DNA of 63,445 bases, filler included, from Octopus bimaculoides (Eukaryota), in NCBI RefSeq assembly GCF_001194135.2. It is 8 parts of 7 records of this genome, joined end to end, with 100 filler letters (N's around TTAATTAATTAA, not from the genome) between each part and the next. Parts side by side here need not be neighbours in the genome. Positions count along the whole stretch, not along the records: positions 47,755 to 59,609 come from NC_068988.1; positions 59,710 to 61,065 come from NC_068987.1; positions 61,166 to 63,445 come from NW_026358535.1; 5 more parts are not named here. One strand, written 5' to 3'. How positions within the stretch are numbered: the first letter of the stretch is position 1; every line of letters starts with the position of its first letter. The translations under genes were made by a program, and so were the position numbers. Shown piece after piece: positions 50,925 to 63,445 of this stretch. Below the pieces are notes generated by a model, which was given only the letters and a program-made list of their open reading frames with translations, was not told the origin of the DNA and did no database searches.

Positions 50925-52439
50925 TATAGATAGATAGATATATAGATAGATATACGCACACATGCACACATACACACATACACACATATATGTGTATAGG
51001 TGTATATGCATTCATGTGAGCGCGTGTACATAAGTGTTTATCAATACATATGCTTGTATGTATTAATAATTGAGGGTGTAAGTATGAGAATGCGTGCACG
51101 TGTTTATATATATATATATATATGCATACATTCTTGAATATTTATATCCGTGCAGTTTTTACAGTATACGAGTGAATGTAAAGGTAAGCTATCTAGGTTA
51201 TATGTTTGTATTTGCAGTAGGGTATCGTATATCTAAACTAAGACGATTTAAGATAATTAATTCAGAAAGTCCAGTGCCATGTATTTGAAAGACATAAATA
51301 TATACAGGTATAGTAACCACCTTATGATATAAATTCTCGATTCATTTCAGTCATTTCTATATCAAGAAGAAGAATCATAATTACAAAATGGAAATTATCA
51401 AATGGTAATTATAATGAACTCCACTTGAGAAAGAGATGCCATTCCGAGATTCAAGAAATTTACAAAAAATGGCAGGCTATTACGGAAAGAGACAGGCCTT
51501 TTGATTGAAGATAAGAGGACAATCACTTTTTCTCAAGAGGAGCTGGTGATAGCTTTCATTTGATAATTGACATTTGGTAATTATAATACATCGTCTAGAG
51601 GTGGAGGTAACTTTAATAACTGAAGAAATTTTGCAGTAAAGTATTTAACGTAACGTTGACTCTCTATCTACCTCTCTCTTGCACTCACACACACACATTC
51701 TATACATGCATACATACGTACATACATACATACATGCATACATACATACACCCCCCCCCCACACACACACACACACATATATGTATGTATGCATGTAGTC
51801 ATGTAGATATTAAGGCTGTGCTCCCGCATGACCACAATCAAATGGCTGAAACAAGTAAGAAAAATAAAAAAATTAAAAGAAAATGTACGTCTGTGTACAT
51901 TTATAAATATGTAAAAGTGTGTGTGTATAGAAATATAGCTGGCTGAATATATGCATACAGGTATTTGTGGATATGCATCTTCAAACACATATACTCGCGC
52001 GCGCGCACATGCACACACACACACACACACACACGCACACACACACACATACACACACACACACGGACGCGAGTGCTCACACACAAATACACTCACATAC
52101 ACGTAAGCACGGACGCACAGACACATACTTATATAGCGTTTATACGTCTACATTCTATCATGGACAGACATGCAAATTAAAAATGCATCCACCTAATGCA
52201 TTAATCAAGTTGTATTGGGAACGACATGCAATTATCTGTGTATATTGATACATTCACTTTAAATGTTAAAATTATCAGGTAAGAAGTTCCTGGTGTTATT
52301 AAATAAGCATTTCTAAGTAAACAAGAAATACAGGGCAAATATCTAATATACGCTCGATAAAACTTTTCTACAGCCTCTGAAGTCACACTAAAAGCCCACG
52401 CCCAGTTGTAACCATGGAGCCACTAAAGCTTGCTCGCTT

Positions 52440-52860
52440 GATTAAACTCAGTATTTTTGTGTTATGAAGCAGAAGTGCTCCCAGATAACGTAATGGGATA
52501 GAAGTATTATGTTGGTTTATTCGAAGGCAACTTCATAACACATTATGCAAACCACGAGTTTGCTTTCCGATACATTGATGAAAATAAATCCTCGATGTTG
52601 TGGAACCCTGTCTGAGATTTAAATACCATCTGAACACCACATACAACCAAGTGAAGAAACGGGGTCAAATCTACGCCATATACAAATGGATCAAGTAGAT
52701 GTAAGTTATTCATTGCTAAAAGATCGCACACTCTGTTTAGATCGAAGAATTTTACAATACCTAATTCCAGACCCGAAATTCTTATCAAATGTAAGACACG
52801 AAAGCACCCGATCCGTATTGCGTGGCTATCTCACAGATTTTAGCCTGATCCCGGTTATAT
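52440..52860 (+). mobile_element. Penelope-like GIY-YIG endonuclease relic
   Basis: KYYVGLFEGNF..YANH..AF, PYTNGSSRCKL..., EILIKC. Same subtype as 18340-19070. Confidence 0.65.
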
Positions 52861-54726
52861 TTTTATACACCAGATAGAATAATTATGGTTTCTGCTGATA
52901 AAGGAACGCTTCGTCTCATGTTTTATCATACACCAACGCCCTGGTCTCCAAATAAGTCTGAGAGTATGCACTGAGCATGAAAAATTGCTGAAAATCAGCA
53001 AAATTATTGTATCGCTACAAAATGATTTTATGAGTAATTCTTTTTCAAATTAGATGTATACAAACTTCCTACTACGCAAATTCTCGTGGAAGCCACACCT
53101 GATTTTCCTCGGCCGAAAACAAACTCAAGAAAAACTCTATAGAGCCACAAAGAAAANNNNNNNNNNNNNNNNNNNNNNNNNNNNNNNNNNNNNNNNNNNN
53201 NNNNNNNNNNNNNNNNNNNNNNNNNNNNNNNNNNNNNNNNNNNNNNNNNNNNNNNNNNNNNNNNNNNNNNNNNNNNNNNNNNNNNNNNNNNNNNNNNNNN
53301 NNNNNNNNNNNNNNNNNNNNNNNNNNNNNNNNNNNNNNNNNNNNNNNNNNNNNNNNNNNNNNNNNNNNNNNNNNNNNNNNNNNNNTATATATACTTGGAT
53401 ATATATAATTATATATATAACTTATATACATTCGCAATAATCTTTGCGTTTATGTTGTTACACACACAAGTACAGACATCATATCTGCTGTGGATGACTT
53501 TTTTTCACCAACAGGATGAAAGTGCAGTAACACCGATGGAATGAATGAGTGACTCTCAAGGGGGATTATGTTGAAAAATGAACTTCATTTTGTCACATTC
53601 TTTTAGAGTATCTTGGTTAACCTATAGACTGTTCCGCCGTTCCTCGTATACATATCGATATGTAGAATAAGAGGGAGAGTGTGTGCGAGAGGGTGGGAGA
53701 GAGCTCATCCTAGTATATGGGGAATTCTAATACAAGTGTGACAATCAGTGATGTTCTAGTGGTAATGACTCCTGGCTTGTCTCCTTTCTATAGCAATGAT
53801 TTCGAGTACTAGGTGGAGGAGTGCCATGCACTTGGCGTAGCTGTTTCTTGGCAATTTAATAGCTGGTTCATTAGCATTTCTCAGAACGACAAAATCTGCT
53901 TTGCAGAACCCTGTCGCATCGCTGTGGCTGGAAATGGATGTATTTTACCTAATTTCATTCAAGTAGCAACCAAATCCATCTGAAAGATTTCTGCTTTTGA
54001 ACTGAGCAGTTGTCGTAGCAGATTAATCTCCAACATCACCACCATTATATTCTTTATTTCGCCTCTATCCTTTTCAGGACTCTACATACTTTTTTTAATT
54101 ATGGTTTTAACATATATGATTATATATTAGATTATAAATCTCACACATAGAAACTTATAGAAACTTAAACAGTCAGACATGCACATGCACGTATATTCTC
54201 ATGATACACAATCACCAGGACATACGTATATGCAGAAATGAATACAACTACATATATGCACAAACACATTTTTCTTATATTTTTTGTGTACAGAACGTGA
54301 ATGAAGACGCATAGACCCAAGTAAGTATCCCTTCTGACATATACTCTGATGCACAAACAGACACAGAAATAAATACATATATATACTTATACAGTGGTAT
54401 ATATCATATGCACACTAACATAAATACAGATGTACACAAGTAGACAGATATGACAACACATGCACACACACGGAAGAGGGAAACTCACACGGGTAAAAAT
54501 ACTAGCACCTCCGCACTCGACACATAATCGGATCCAACCACAGACACAGAAACGCGTACATAGTCCATATATATGTGACTATGCAAGTAACACAAACACA
54601 CAGAGATATACACGAGCACACACATACACAGACACCAGGGAACACCTTTATCTGTCTTCTGCTTGAAATGATTCCAGTATCATACATTGAACATAATATC
54701 CAACATCGACAATTTTTTATCTTCAA

Positions 54727-55165
<439 letters not shown>

Positions 55166-58045
55166 AAAGTAGCGGACGAGAAATCAGAAGAACAAGAAAG
55201 AAGTGACAATACTAGATCGTTGATGAAAAACTAGGTTTAGTTTCAATAATAGATATAATCATCTTGAAAACAGACTTCTAGACAAAAGTAGGAATGACAT
55301 TGGTGAAAGAAGGATCTCAAAATCAGAGACAGATGGACAGAGAAAATGAATAAGATCTGATGAATAGTGGTAATGTCATATCTCGCAGCTAAGCTTTTAA
55401 ATTGATGATAAAATTTGTACTACGAAAAACGTTTCATTAAGTGTAGGTAAAATAAATAGTTGAGTGAAAGATATACAAGTAATATTAGTAGTCAAATCAA
55501 TAAAAGCTGGAGAGCGGGAGGGAGGAATAGAGAGAGGGGAGAGAGGAGAGAAAAGACAGCGAGATGGAGGAAGATAGAGAATAAGTAAGAATGGAGGGAC
55601 GAAAATAAAATGCCGAGGAGTAAAAAAATATAAATGTGAAGACGGTAACGTCCATGCTATTATGTGTATTCCTGTGGGTTATTGAAAATCCAGATGGACG
55701 AAAATCAAATATTACCACAAAGCTACTGGTGATCGAAGGAATTGGTCTGATTATATAAATGAAGTTGAATGGGGAAAAAGAAGAATAAAAAATGCAGAAA
55801 GAAGATTTTCTCAATACCAAATAGTACCACACGAACAAAAGTGAAAGTAAAACCATTAATAGGAACAACAACGACACCGAAATTTTCCTTGGCATTCACT
55901 AATACAATTTCAATATTATTGCAACGTATTATATTTATATAAGACATGCCGAGTAGTATTTCTCCATTCAGAATAAAATATATTTACAAAACTTTATGCT
56001 CTGCTCTTCATGGCGACATTTTGTGGTTTCTTCTGTACTGACACGATTTTGTTACTAACTTATCTCAAAATAATATTTGTTTTTCTTTATTTGATTTTAT
56101 TGAATAATTGAAAAAATATTCCACGGACAATATTTGCGTATCTGCTACGAATATCAGTCGCAATTATTGATTAAAGACAAATATTTTCAAGGCTGTCAGA
56201 CTTAAAGCACGATAGAAAAACAGACAAAAAGAAATACTCTGTTAAAACGTTCGGAGATTAATAAGATAGTGATCCGTGTATGAAATAGCATTATGGTCAA
56301 GTTAGAAAAATCAACCTTTAGTGGATATATTGAAACTCTCAGAAGGACATCTTTATAAAGAATTGTAACAGATACAAAAAATAGTTATTTACTATAGTTC
56401 TGTATTGTGATCACTGACGATTAAATTATGTATTACAACAATCATGGAAAAACAAATGAAAGTAACCATCTCACCATATTTAGTAAATGATGCTGACTTA
56501 GTCCTATGTAAAATAATAGTGGTTGTGTATATTCTTTCAGAGTGCACGTATACTAACTTTCTTGTTCAGATACCACATGATTTATATACGCAGAGTGCTG
56601 CTTTCATGACAGTTACGTTTATACAAATAACTGTTGTTCACTTTTTATATAAACGTTTACTGGTTCTATCTCTATATCTGCCTGATTGACTGACCGCTAC
56701 CGTATTAGTTTATGCGTGTGTGTGTGGGTTTATGGATTCGTGCGCTCGTAAATATAATACATTATGCCCTTATTTTAGTGAATTGTCATAATTGAACCAT
56801 CGTGGTTGTTCACTTGGCATAACTGAACTGTCGTGGTTGTTCGTGGGCCAAGCAAAACTATTCCTGAATCCTCGACTATACTACATGCCAACTGCAACAC
56901 GTTTTCTGTCACGTAAATACCATAATTTAATCTATAAATACTGGTGATAAAAACCTAACAATTTGTATAATTGTAATTTGCTGCACTAGGTAAGTTGGTT
57001 ATTCAATATTTCCTTGCATTGTAAATCATTGATGCAGAACAATGTAGAACAGAAATTTAGTTACGAAGAATACAGAAAAAAAAAAATAAAATAAATAAAC
57101 AGAAAAAGAAAGGAAACTCCAGTTATCATAGAAACTGTATAATTAGTCGGAAAGATTGCTTAAATAAAAATTTGCCAACAATGGAAAGTATCGATAAAGT
57201 GTATTATCTTAAATATATATATGATTTATTCAATGAAATAATCACTAGTATATGATTTATTCAATGAAACAATTACTAGGTAGATGTAAGCCTACTCAAC
57301 CGCTAAAATATCAACCTTATCACAATAGGATCTTACCTTATTGTCATGCCTAATTGCGGGATACTCTGGATATTGTATTCTTACATAGCTATCAAAGAAG
57401 GGCTGGTTACATTTAGAATTCCTTCAGACAGTAGTTTTTAAATTACCGGTGCACGTATTCCACTACTGTGCTGGTAATATTACAGACATATACATAGATA
57501 CAGGAAGTTTATGCTTCTGTCAGAGCATTTATCCAGTTTCAGCCCAATGTCCATTTGTCTGATTTGGTGAAATCTAAATATTAGTCCATCAAACTGTCTC
57601 TCATGGAGGCTTATTACCCGTCTCATAAGTTCGCATTTCAACCACAGTAAAGCTAGTTATCGGCAGCGGCATTTGAACTCACAATGCAAAAATTAGCTTT
57701 CATCCAAGTGTGTTTTGTCCGATGCACAAACATTCTCTCTAATTTACTATTGTAGACTAGCCTTTTATCGACATTGAAAATGTAATAATCTAAGTCGATC
57801 TCAGTGAGATTGGCAATCATATCTCACAGAATAAAAAGCAGATAATGCAAGCTAGTCTAAACCGATGCAGTTACCTTACTGTCAACTCGACACCCTCTGT
57901 CAAAAATATGTTTTGGTTATAGAAAATAATTATTACTTGAGAGCTCAGAATTTCTTAAAAGTAAATTAAATGTTGACATTTTGAACAGAATTTATATCTA
58001 TATTTGAAAGAGAGAGGGAGAGTGTGAGAGAGAGAGAGAGTGAGT

Positions 58046-58078
<33 letters not shown>

Positions 58079-58481
58079 TGAGTGAGAGATATATAGATGA
58101 AGGGGGAGTTCCGTTAAGTTACCATTTGCAAAATTCTACTTTCAGGGTATGGGTCAATGAAAAGCTATGATAAATGGAAACTGGCCAACATGTCATATAA
58201 TTTGATGTGAACCCATAAACTCACGTTTGTGAAGGGAACATTTCATCCAGACGAGCATATCTCAGGAATATGAATAAACTTTTATTACGAAGACAAAACA
58301 TTGGGAGAAAATCTTTTTGAAAAAATCATTCAGGGTAAAATATGTTTAATTTTTGATTTGTATATGTGAGAGCTTATATTATTACATATAAACACAGCAG
58401 ATTTTAAACGCACGTGCAACTTTATATACATATACATATATACACATACATGCAAATAAATAGGTAAAGGTCTTACCCTAT

Positions 58482-58525
<44 letters not shown>

Positions 58526-59554
58526 CGGAACACACAAATTCAACCAAATGCACACACATCCAATCACACACAAACACACACACACACACACACAAACCTA
58601 CACATACTCCGACTTATATCTATATATAAAAAATCAAGGCCAATAAAAGTTAAAAAAATTAAAGCAACATATCATCAAGTCTTTTTATATATCCATGTTG
58701 TGATTGATGAATAAACTCTTCCCACGGATTAGCCCAACCTACCTACCTTTCTGCTTACACACATACATACATGTACACGTGCATGATTATACACACACAT
58801 ACANNNNNNNNNNNNNNNNNNNNNNNNNNNNNNNNNNNNNNNNNNNNNNNNNNNNNNNNNNNNNNNNNNNNNNNNNNNNNNNNNNNNNNNNNNNNNNNNN
58901 NNNNNNNNNNNNNNNNNNNNNNNNNNNNNNNNNNNNNNNNNNNNNNNNNNNNNNNNNNNNNNNNNNNNNNNNNNNNNNNNNNNNNNNNNNNNNNNNNNNN
59001 NNNNNNNNNNNNNNNNNNNNNNNNNNNNNNNNNNNNNNNNNNNNNNNNNNNNNNNNNNNNNNNNNNNNNNNNNNNNNNNNNNNNNNNNNNNNNNNNNNNN
59101 NNNNNNNATAGATAGATAGATAGATATGTATATATATATATGTGTGTGTGTATTCTTTCATTTGTAAATATATCTTTTATTAGTTACTTCCTATCTGGTA
59201 CATCTCCAGCGTTTTGAAAAGTTCCCAAGGAGTCGCAATTTACATTTGTACAGGTTAAAGGTGATATCGATCATTGTACGTATCCCCGCTGGCTTTGATC
59301 GATCGAATGAAGCCCAGCTAGATATTTTATCTTGCCACACTATACTTATGACGGACTGTCAGTATTGTTTGTTTCATCCATAACTGTCAAGTCTATGAAT
59401 TAAAATCATTTCTCTTCAGGAGTAGTCTACATTAAGATCATAATACATAATATTTTTACAAAAGGAAACGAAATACGTCTATGTGATTTCCCAAGATATT
59501 TATATCTATACTACTACGTGTGTATACATATGTGCATATATATGTGTGTGTATG

Positions 59555-59609
<55 letters not shown>

Positions 59610-59999
59610 NNNNNNNNNNNNNNNNNNNNNNNNNNNNNNNNNNNNNNNNNNNNTTAATTAATTAANNNNNNNNNNNNNNNNNNNNNNNNNNNNNNNNNNN
59701 NNNNNNNNNTGTACATACTTACATCTACATGTGTATATATATGCATATCAGGGTACAGGACGTTAGAACAATGAACTACAGACAACGGAACGAACACATA
59801 GGAAAACGGAAAGCCATTTGGAATATTCCTTCATCAGCTGTCTCTATTCTAACCTGACGTTTCGAAGATAAGACAGCGTACTCTAGAATAGTCTCTTCCT
59901 GAGTAGTGGATCAACCCACTACCCACACACGTATATATGTTCACACACACGCACACACATATATATATATACACACACACATACACAATGAGAGAATGT

Positions 60000-60060
<61 letters not shown>

Positions 60061-60178
60061 AATTATACATATATATCTATCATATATGCATGTATATGTA
60101 TAAATGGATACACACACACACACACATACACACACATACACATATATATATATATATATATACATGTGAGCGTGAGTG

Positions 60179-60231
<53 letters not shown>

Positions 60232-60581
60232 GTATGTATATGTTATGTCTACATATGCACACAGATCAACACACAGGTACATGTCCATTATACAAATATC
60301 AGTAACACACTCACGCAAACAAACCAAACACGTCTCTACAAACATACACTTGCAGAGAAAAAAATTCTTTTAGAATCTAGACCTACCACCATACTAAACA
60401 TATAAAGCGGTATCCTATTGAACCATAACTATTGAATTTCCATCCTCCAGAAAGTAATAGCAACCTCAAAACACCGGAAGTATCGTTCATTGGAAAATCT
60501 GTCACGCTGTCTACTTCCGCATGAATTATAATATTCACTAAACGCAATAAATCTTCAATGCGAGCAAACTGGTTACGCTAT

Positions 60582-60619
<38 letters not shown>

Positions 60620-60960
60620 GTATGCAGATATATGTGCATATAGGTACATTTTTATGTCCCTATGTATATGAACATGTGTGTGTGTGCATATGTATACATG
60701 CATATATACATGCATGTGTATGTGTGTGTGTCTGTCGGTCTGTTTGGATGTGTGGATGTGTGATTAAAAATTTCGCTTCACATTAATATGGTTTGAGGTT
60801 CAATCCCACTGCACGATAAAGACAGAGTGAGAGAATGAGAGTGAAAGTGGGAGAGAGACACAGAGAGAGACAGAGAGAGAGACAGAGAGAGAGACAGAGA
60901 GAGAGAGACAGACAGAGAGAGACAGAGAGAGAGAGAAAGAGGGGAGTGGGACATAGATAA

Positions 60961-61032
<72 letters not shown>

Positions 61033-61165
61033 GTTAGTAACAGGAAAACATGTACAGAGGCTTCCNNNNNNNNNNNNNNNNNNNNNNNNNNNNNNNNNNN
61101 NNNNNNNNNTTAATTAATTAANNNNNNNNNNNNNNNNNNNNNNNNNNNNNNNNNNNNNNNNNNNN

Positions 61166-63445
61166 ACAATGAACAAACGAACGTACTTACGTACGTACGA
61201 ACGTGCATACGTACGTACGAACGTGCATACGTACGAACGAACGAGCATACGTACGAACGAACGAACGAAAGTACGTCCGTATGTACTTACGAACAAACGA
61301 AAGATTGAACGAACGAAAGAACGTACGTCCGTACGAACGAAAGAAAGAACAAACGAACTAAAGAACGAAATCAAGAAAAAACGAACGTACCTATGTACGT
61401 AAATACGTACGTACGAACGAACAATCGTACGTAAGTACGAACCTAAGTACGTACGAACCACTGAACAAACGAACGTACATACGTACGTAACTACGAACGA
61501 ACGAAGGAATTAACGAAAGAATGAACAGACGAATGAACAAACGAACGTACGTACGAACGAACTCACGAACGAACGAACGTACGAATGAACGAAAGAACGA
61601 ACTTCCGAAAGATCGAAGTAAAGAACGAAAGAACGAACGTACGNNNNNNNNNNNNNNNNNNNNNNNNNNNNNNNNNNNNNNNNNNNNNNNNNNNNNNNNN
61701 NNNNNNNNNNNNNNNNNNNNNNNNNNNNNNNNNNNNNNNNNNNNNNNNNNNNNNNNNNNNNNNNNNNNNNNNNNNNNNNNNNNNNNNNNNNNNNNNNNNN
61801 NNNNNNNNNNNNNNNNNNNNNNNNNNNNNNNNNNNNNNNNNNNNNNNNNNNNNNNNNNNNNNNNNNNNNNNNNNNNNNNNNNNNNNNNNNNNNNNNNNNN
61901 NNNNNNNNNNNNNNNNNNNNNNNNNNNNNNNNNNNNNNNNNNNNNNNNNNNNNNNNNNNNNNNNNNNNNNNNNNNNNNNNNNNNNNNNNNNNNNNNNNNN
62001 NNNNNNNNNNNNNNNNNNNNNNNNNNNNNNNNNNNNNNNNNNNNNNNNNNNNNNNNNNNNNNNNNNNNNNNNNNNNNNNNNNNNNNNNNNNNNNNNNNNN
62101 NNNNNNNNNNNNNNNNNNNNNNNNNNNNNNNNNNNNNNNNNNNNNNNNNNNNNNNNNNNNNNNNNNNNNNNNNNNNNNNNNNNNNNNNNNNNACGTACGG
62201 ACGAACGAACGTACATACGTACGTACGTACGTACGTATGTACGAATGAACGATGGAACGAACGAACGGCCGAACGATCGAAGGAACGAACGTACGTACGT
62301 ACGCACCAACAATAGGACGTACGTTTCTACGTTCGGACGTACAAACGAATGATCGAACGAACGAACGTACGATCTAACGAAAGAACGAACGAGCGAACCT
62401 ATGTTCGAAAGAGCAGACGAACGAAAGAACAAACGAAAGATCGAACGAAAGAATTAACGAACAAACGTGCGTGCGAATGAACGGACGAACGAACGAACGA
62501 CCGAATGATCGACCGAACGAACGAAAGAACGAACGTACGTACGAACAGACGAACGATCTAACGAAAGACGAAAGAACTAACGAAGGTACGTACATACGTA
62601 CGTACGTACGAACGACCGTTCGAACGTACGTACCACGTGCGTACGTACGTACCTGCGTACCAACGTGTGTACGTACATGCGTACGTACGAACTAACGAAC
62701 GAACCTACGTACGTAGATAAGTACGTACGCATGAATGAACAAACAAACGTACGTACGTAACTACGAACGAACGAACTAACGAAAGAATGAACCAACGAAT
62801 GACTAAAAACGAACGTACGTACGTACGAACGAATGTGCGTACGTACGAGAGAATGAACGAACGAAAGTACGTACATACGAACGAAGGATTGAACGAACAA
62901 AATATTGAACGAATGAAAGATTGAACTAACGAAAGATTGAACGAAAGAAAGTACTATGTACGTACGAACTCACAAACGAACGAACGTACGTGCGTATGAA
63001 AAAACGAAAGAAGAAACGAACTAAAGAACGAAATAAAGAAAAAACGAACGTACGTACGTACATAAATACAAACGAACGTACATACGTATGTAAATACGTA
63101 CGAAAGAACGAATGATCTTACGTTCGATAGAACATGCGAACCAAAGAACGTACGAACGATCGAACGAAAGAATTAACGAACAAACGTACGTACGAACGAA
63201 CGGACGAACGAACGTACGTACGTATGTACGAATGAACGAACGACCGAACGACCGAACGATCGAAAGAATGAACGAAAGAACTAACGAAGAAACGTAGATA
63301 CGTACGTACGTACCAACGAACGAAAGTACGTATGTACGTACGGACGTACAAACGAATGAACGAAAGATTGAACGAACGAATGTACGTATATACGTACGAA
63401 CGAACGAACGAACGAATGATTGTGCGTACGAACAAAAGAATGAAC
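61166..63445. repeat. CpG-rich tetranucleotide-derived satellite, (ACGA)n/(ACGT)n mosaic, over 2.2 kb
   Basis: Direct reading. It occupies the whole last block and continues past the window end. Confidence 0.95.

Noticed and set aside
59825-59905. Minus-strand GAAACGTC and CTGATGA arranged like a type II hammerhead
   Set aside because: Stem I cannot form. At best it is a decayed PLE terminus.

Overview
This is repeat-dominated, AT-rich eukaryotic DNA. The SINE families, microsatellite load and LINE/Tc1-mariner relics suggest an octopus genome (my inference, not a database result). Seven 100-bp spacers (44N-TTAATTAATTAA-44N) show the window is eight separately assembled blocks, so order across them is unproven. 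Nearly all ORF-track entries are microsatellite, gap or decayed-transposon artefacts. The only convincing host coding sequence is a pair of 72-bp, phase-2/2 leucine-rich-repeat exons on the minus strand (9278-9349, 12120-12191). They arose by a ~1.5-kb tandem duplication and both copies are intact. Other content: a long decayed Tx1/L1-type LINE, R4/Dong-type, RTE and Penelope-like (PLE) relics, mariner, Tc1, maT-like, Tigger-like and piggyBac-like elements, and several SINE families. There are also PLE-type hammerhead ribozyme motifs (one near-canonical at 498-549, an inverted pair at 43149-43294), a CpG-depleted block (32376-41561) and a terminal CpG-rich ACGA/ACGT satellite with higher-order structure. 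Transposon and SINE boundaries are approximate, read by eye.
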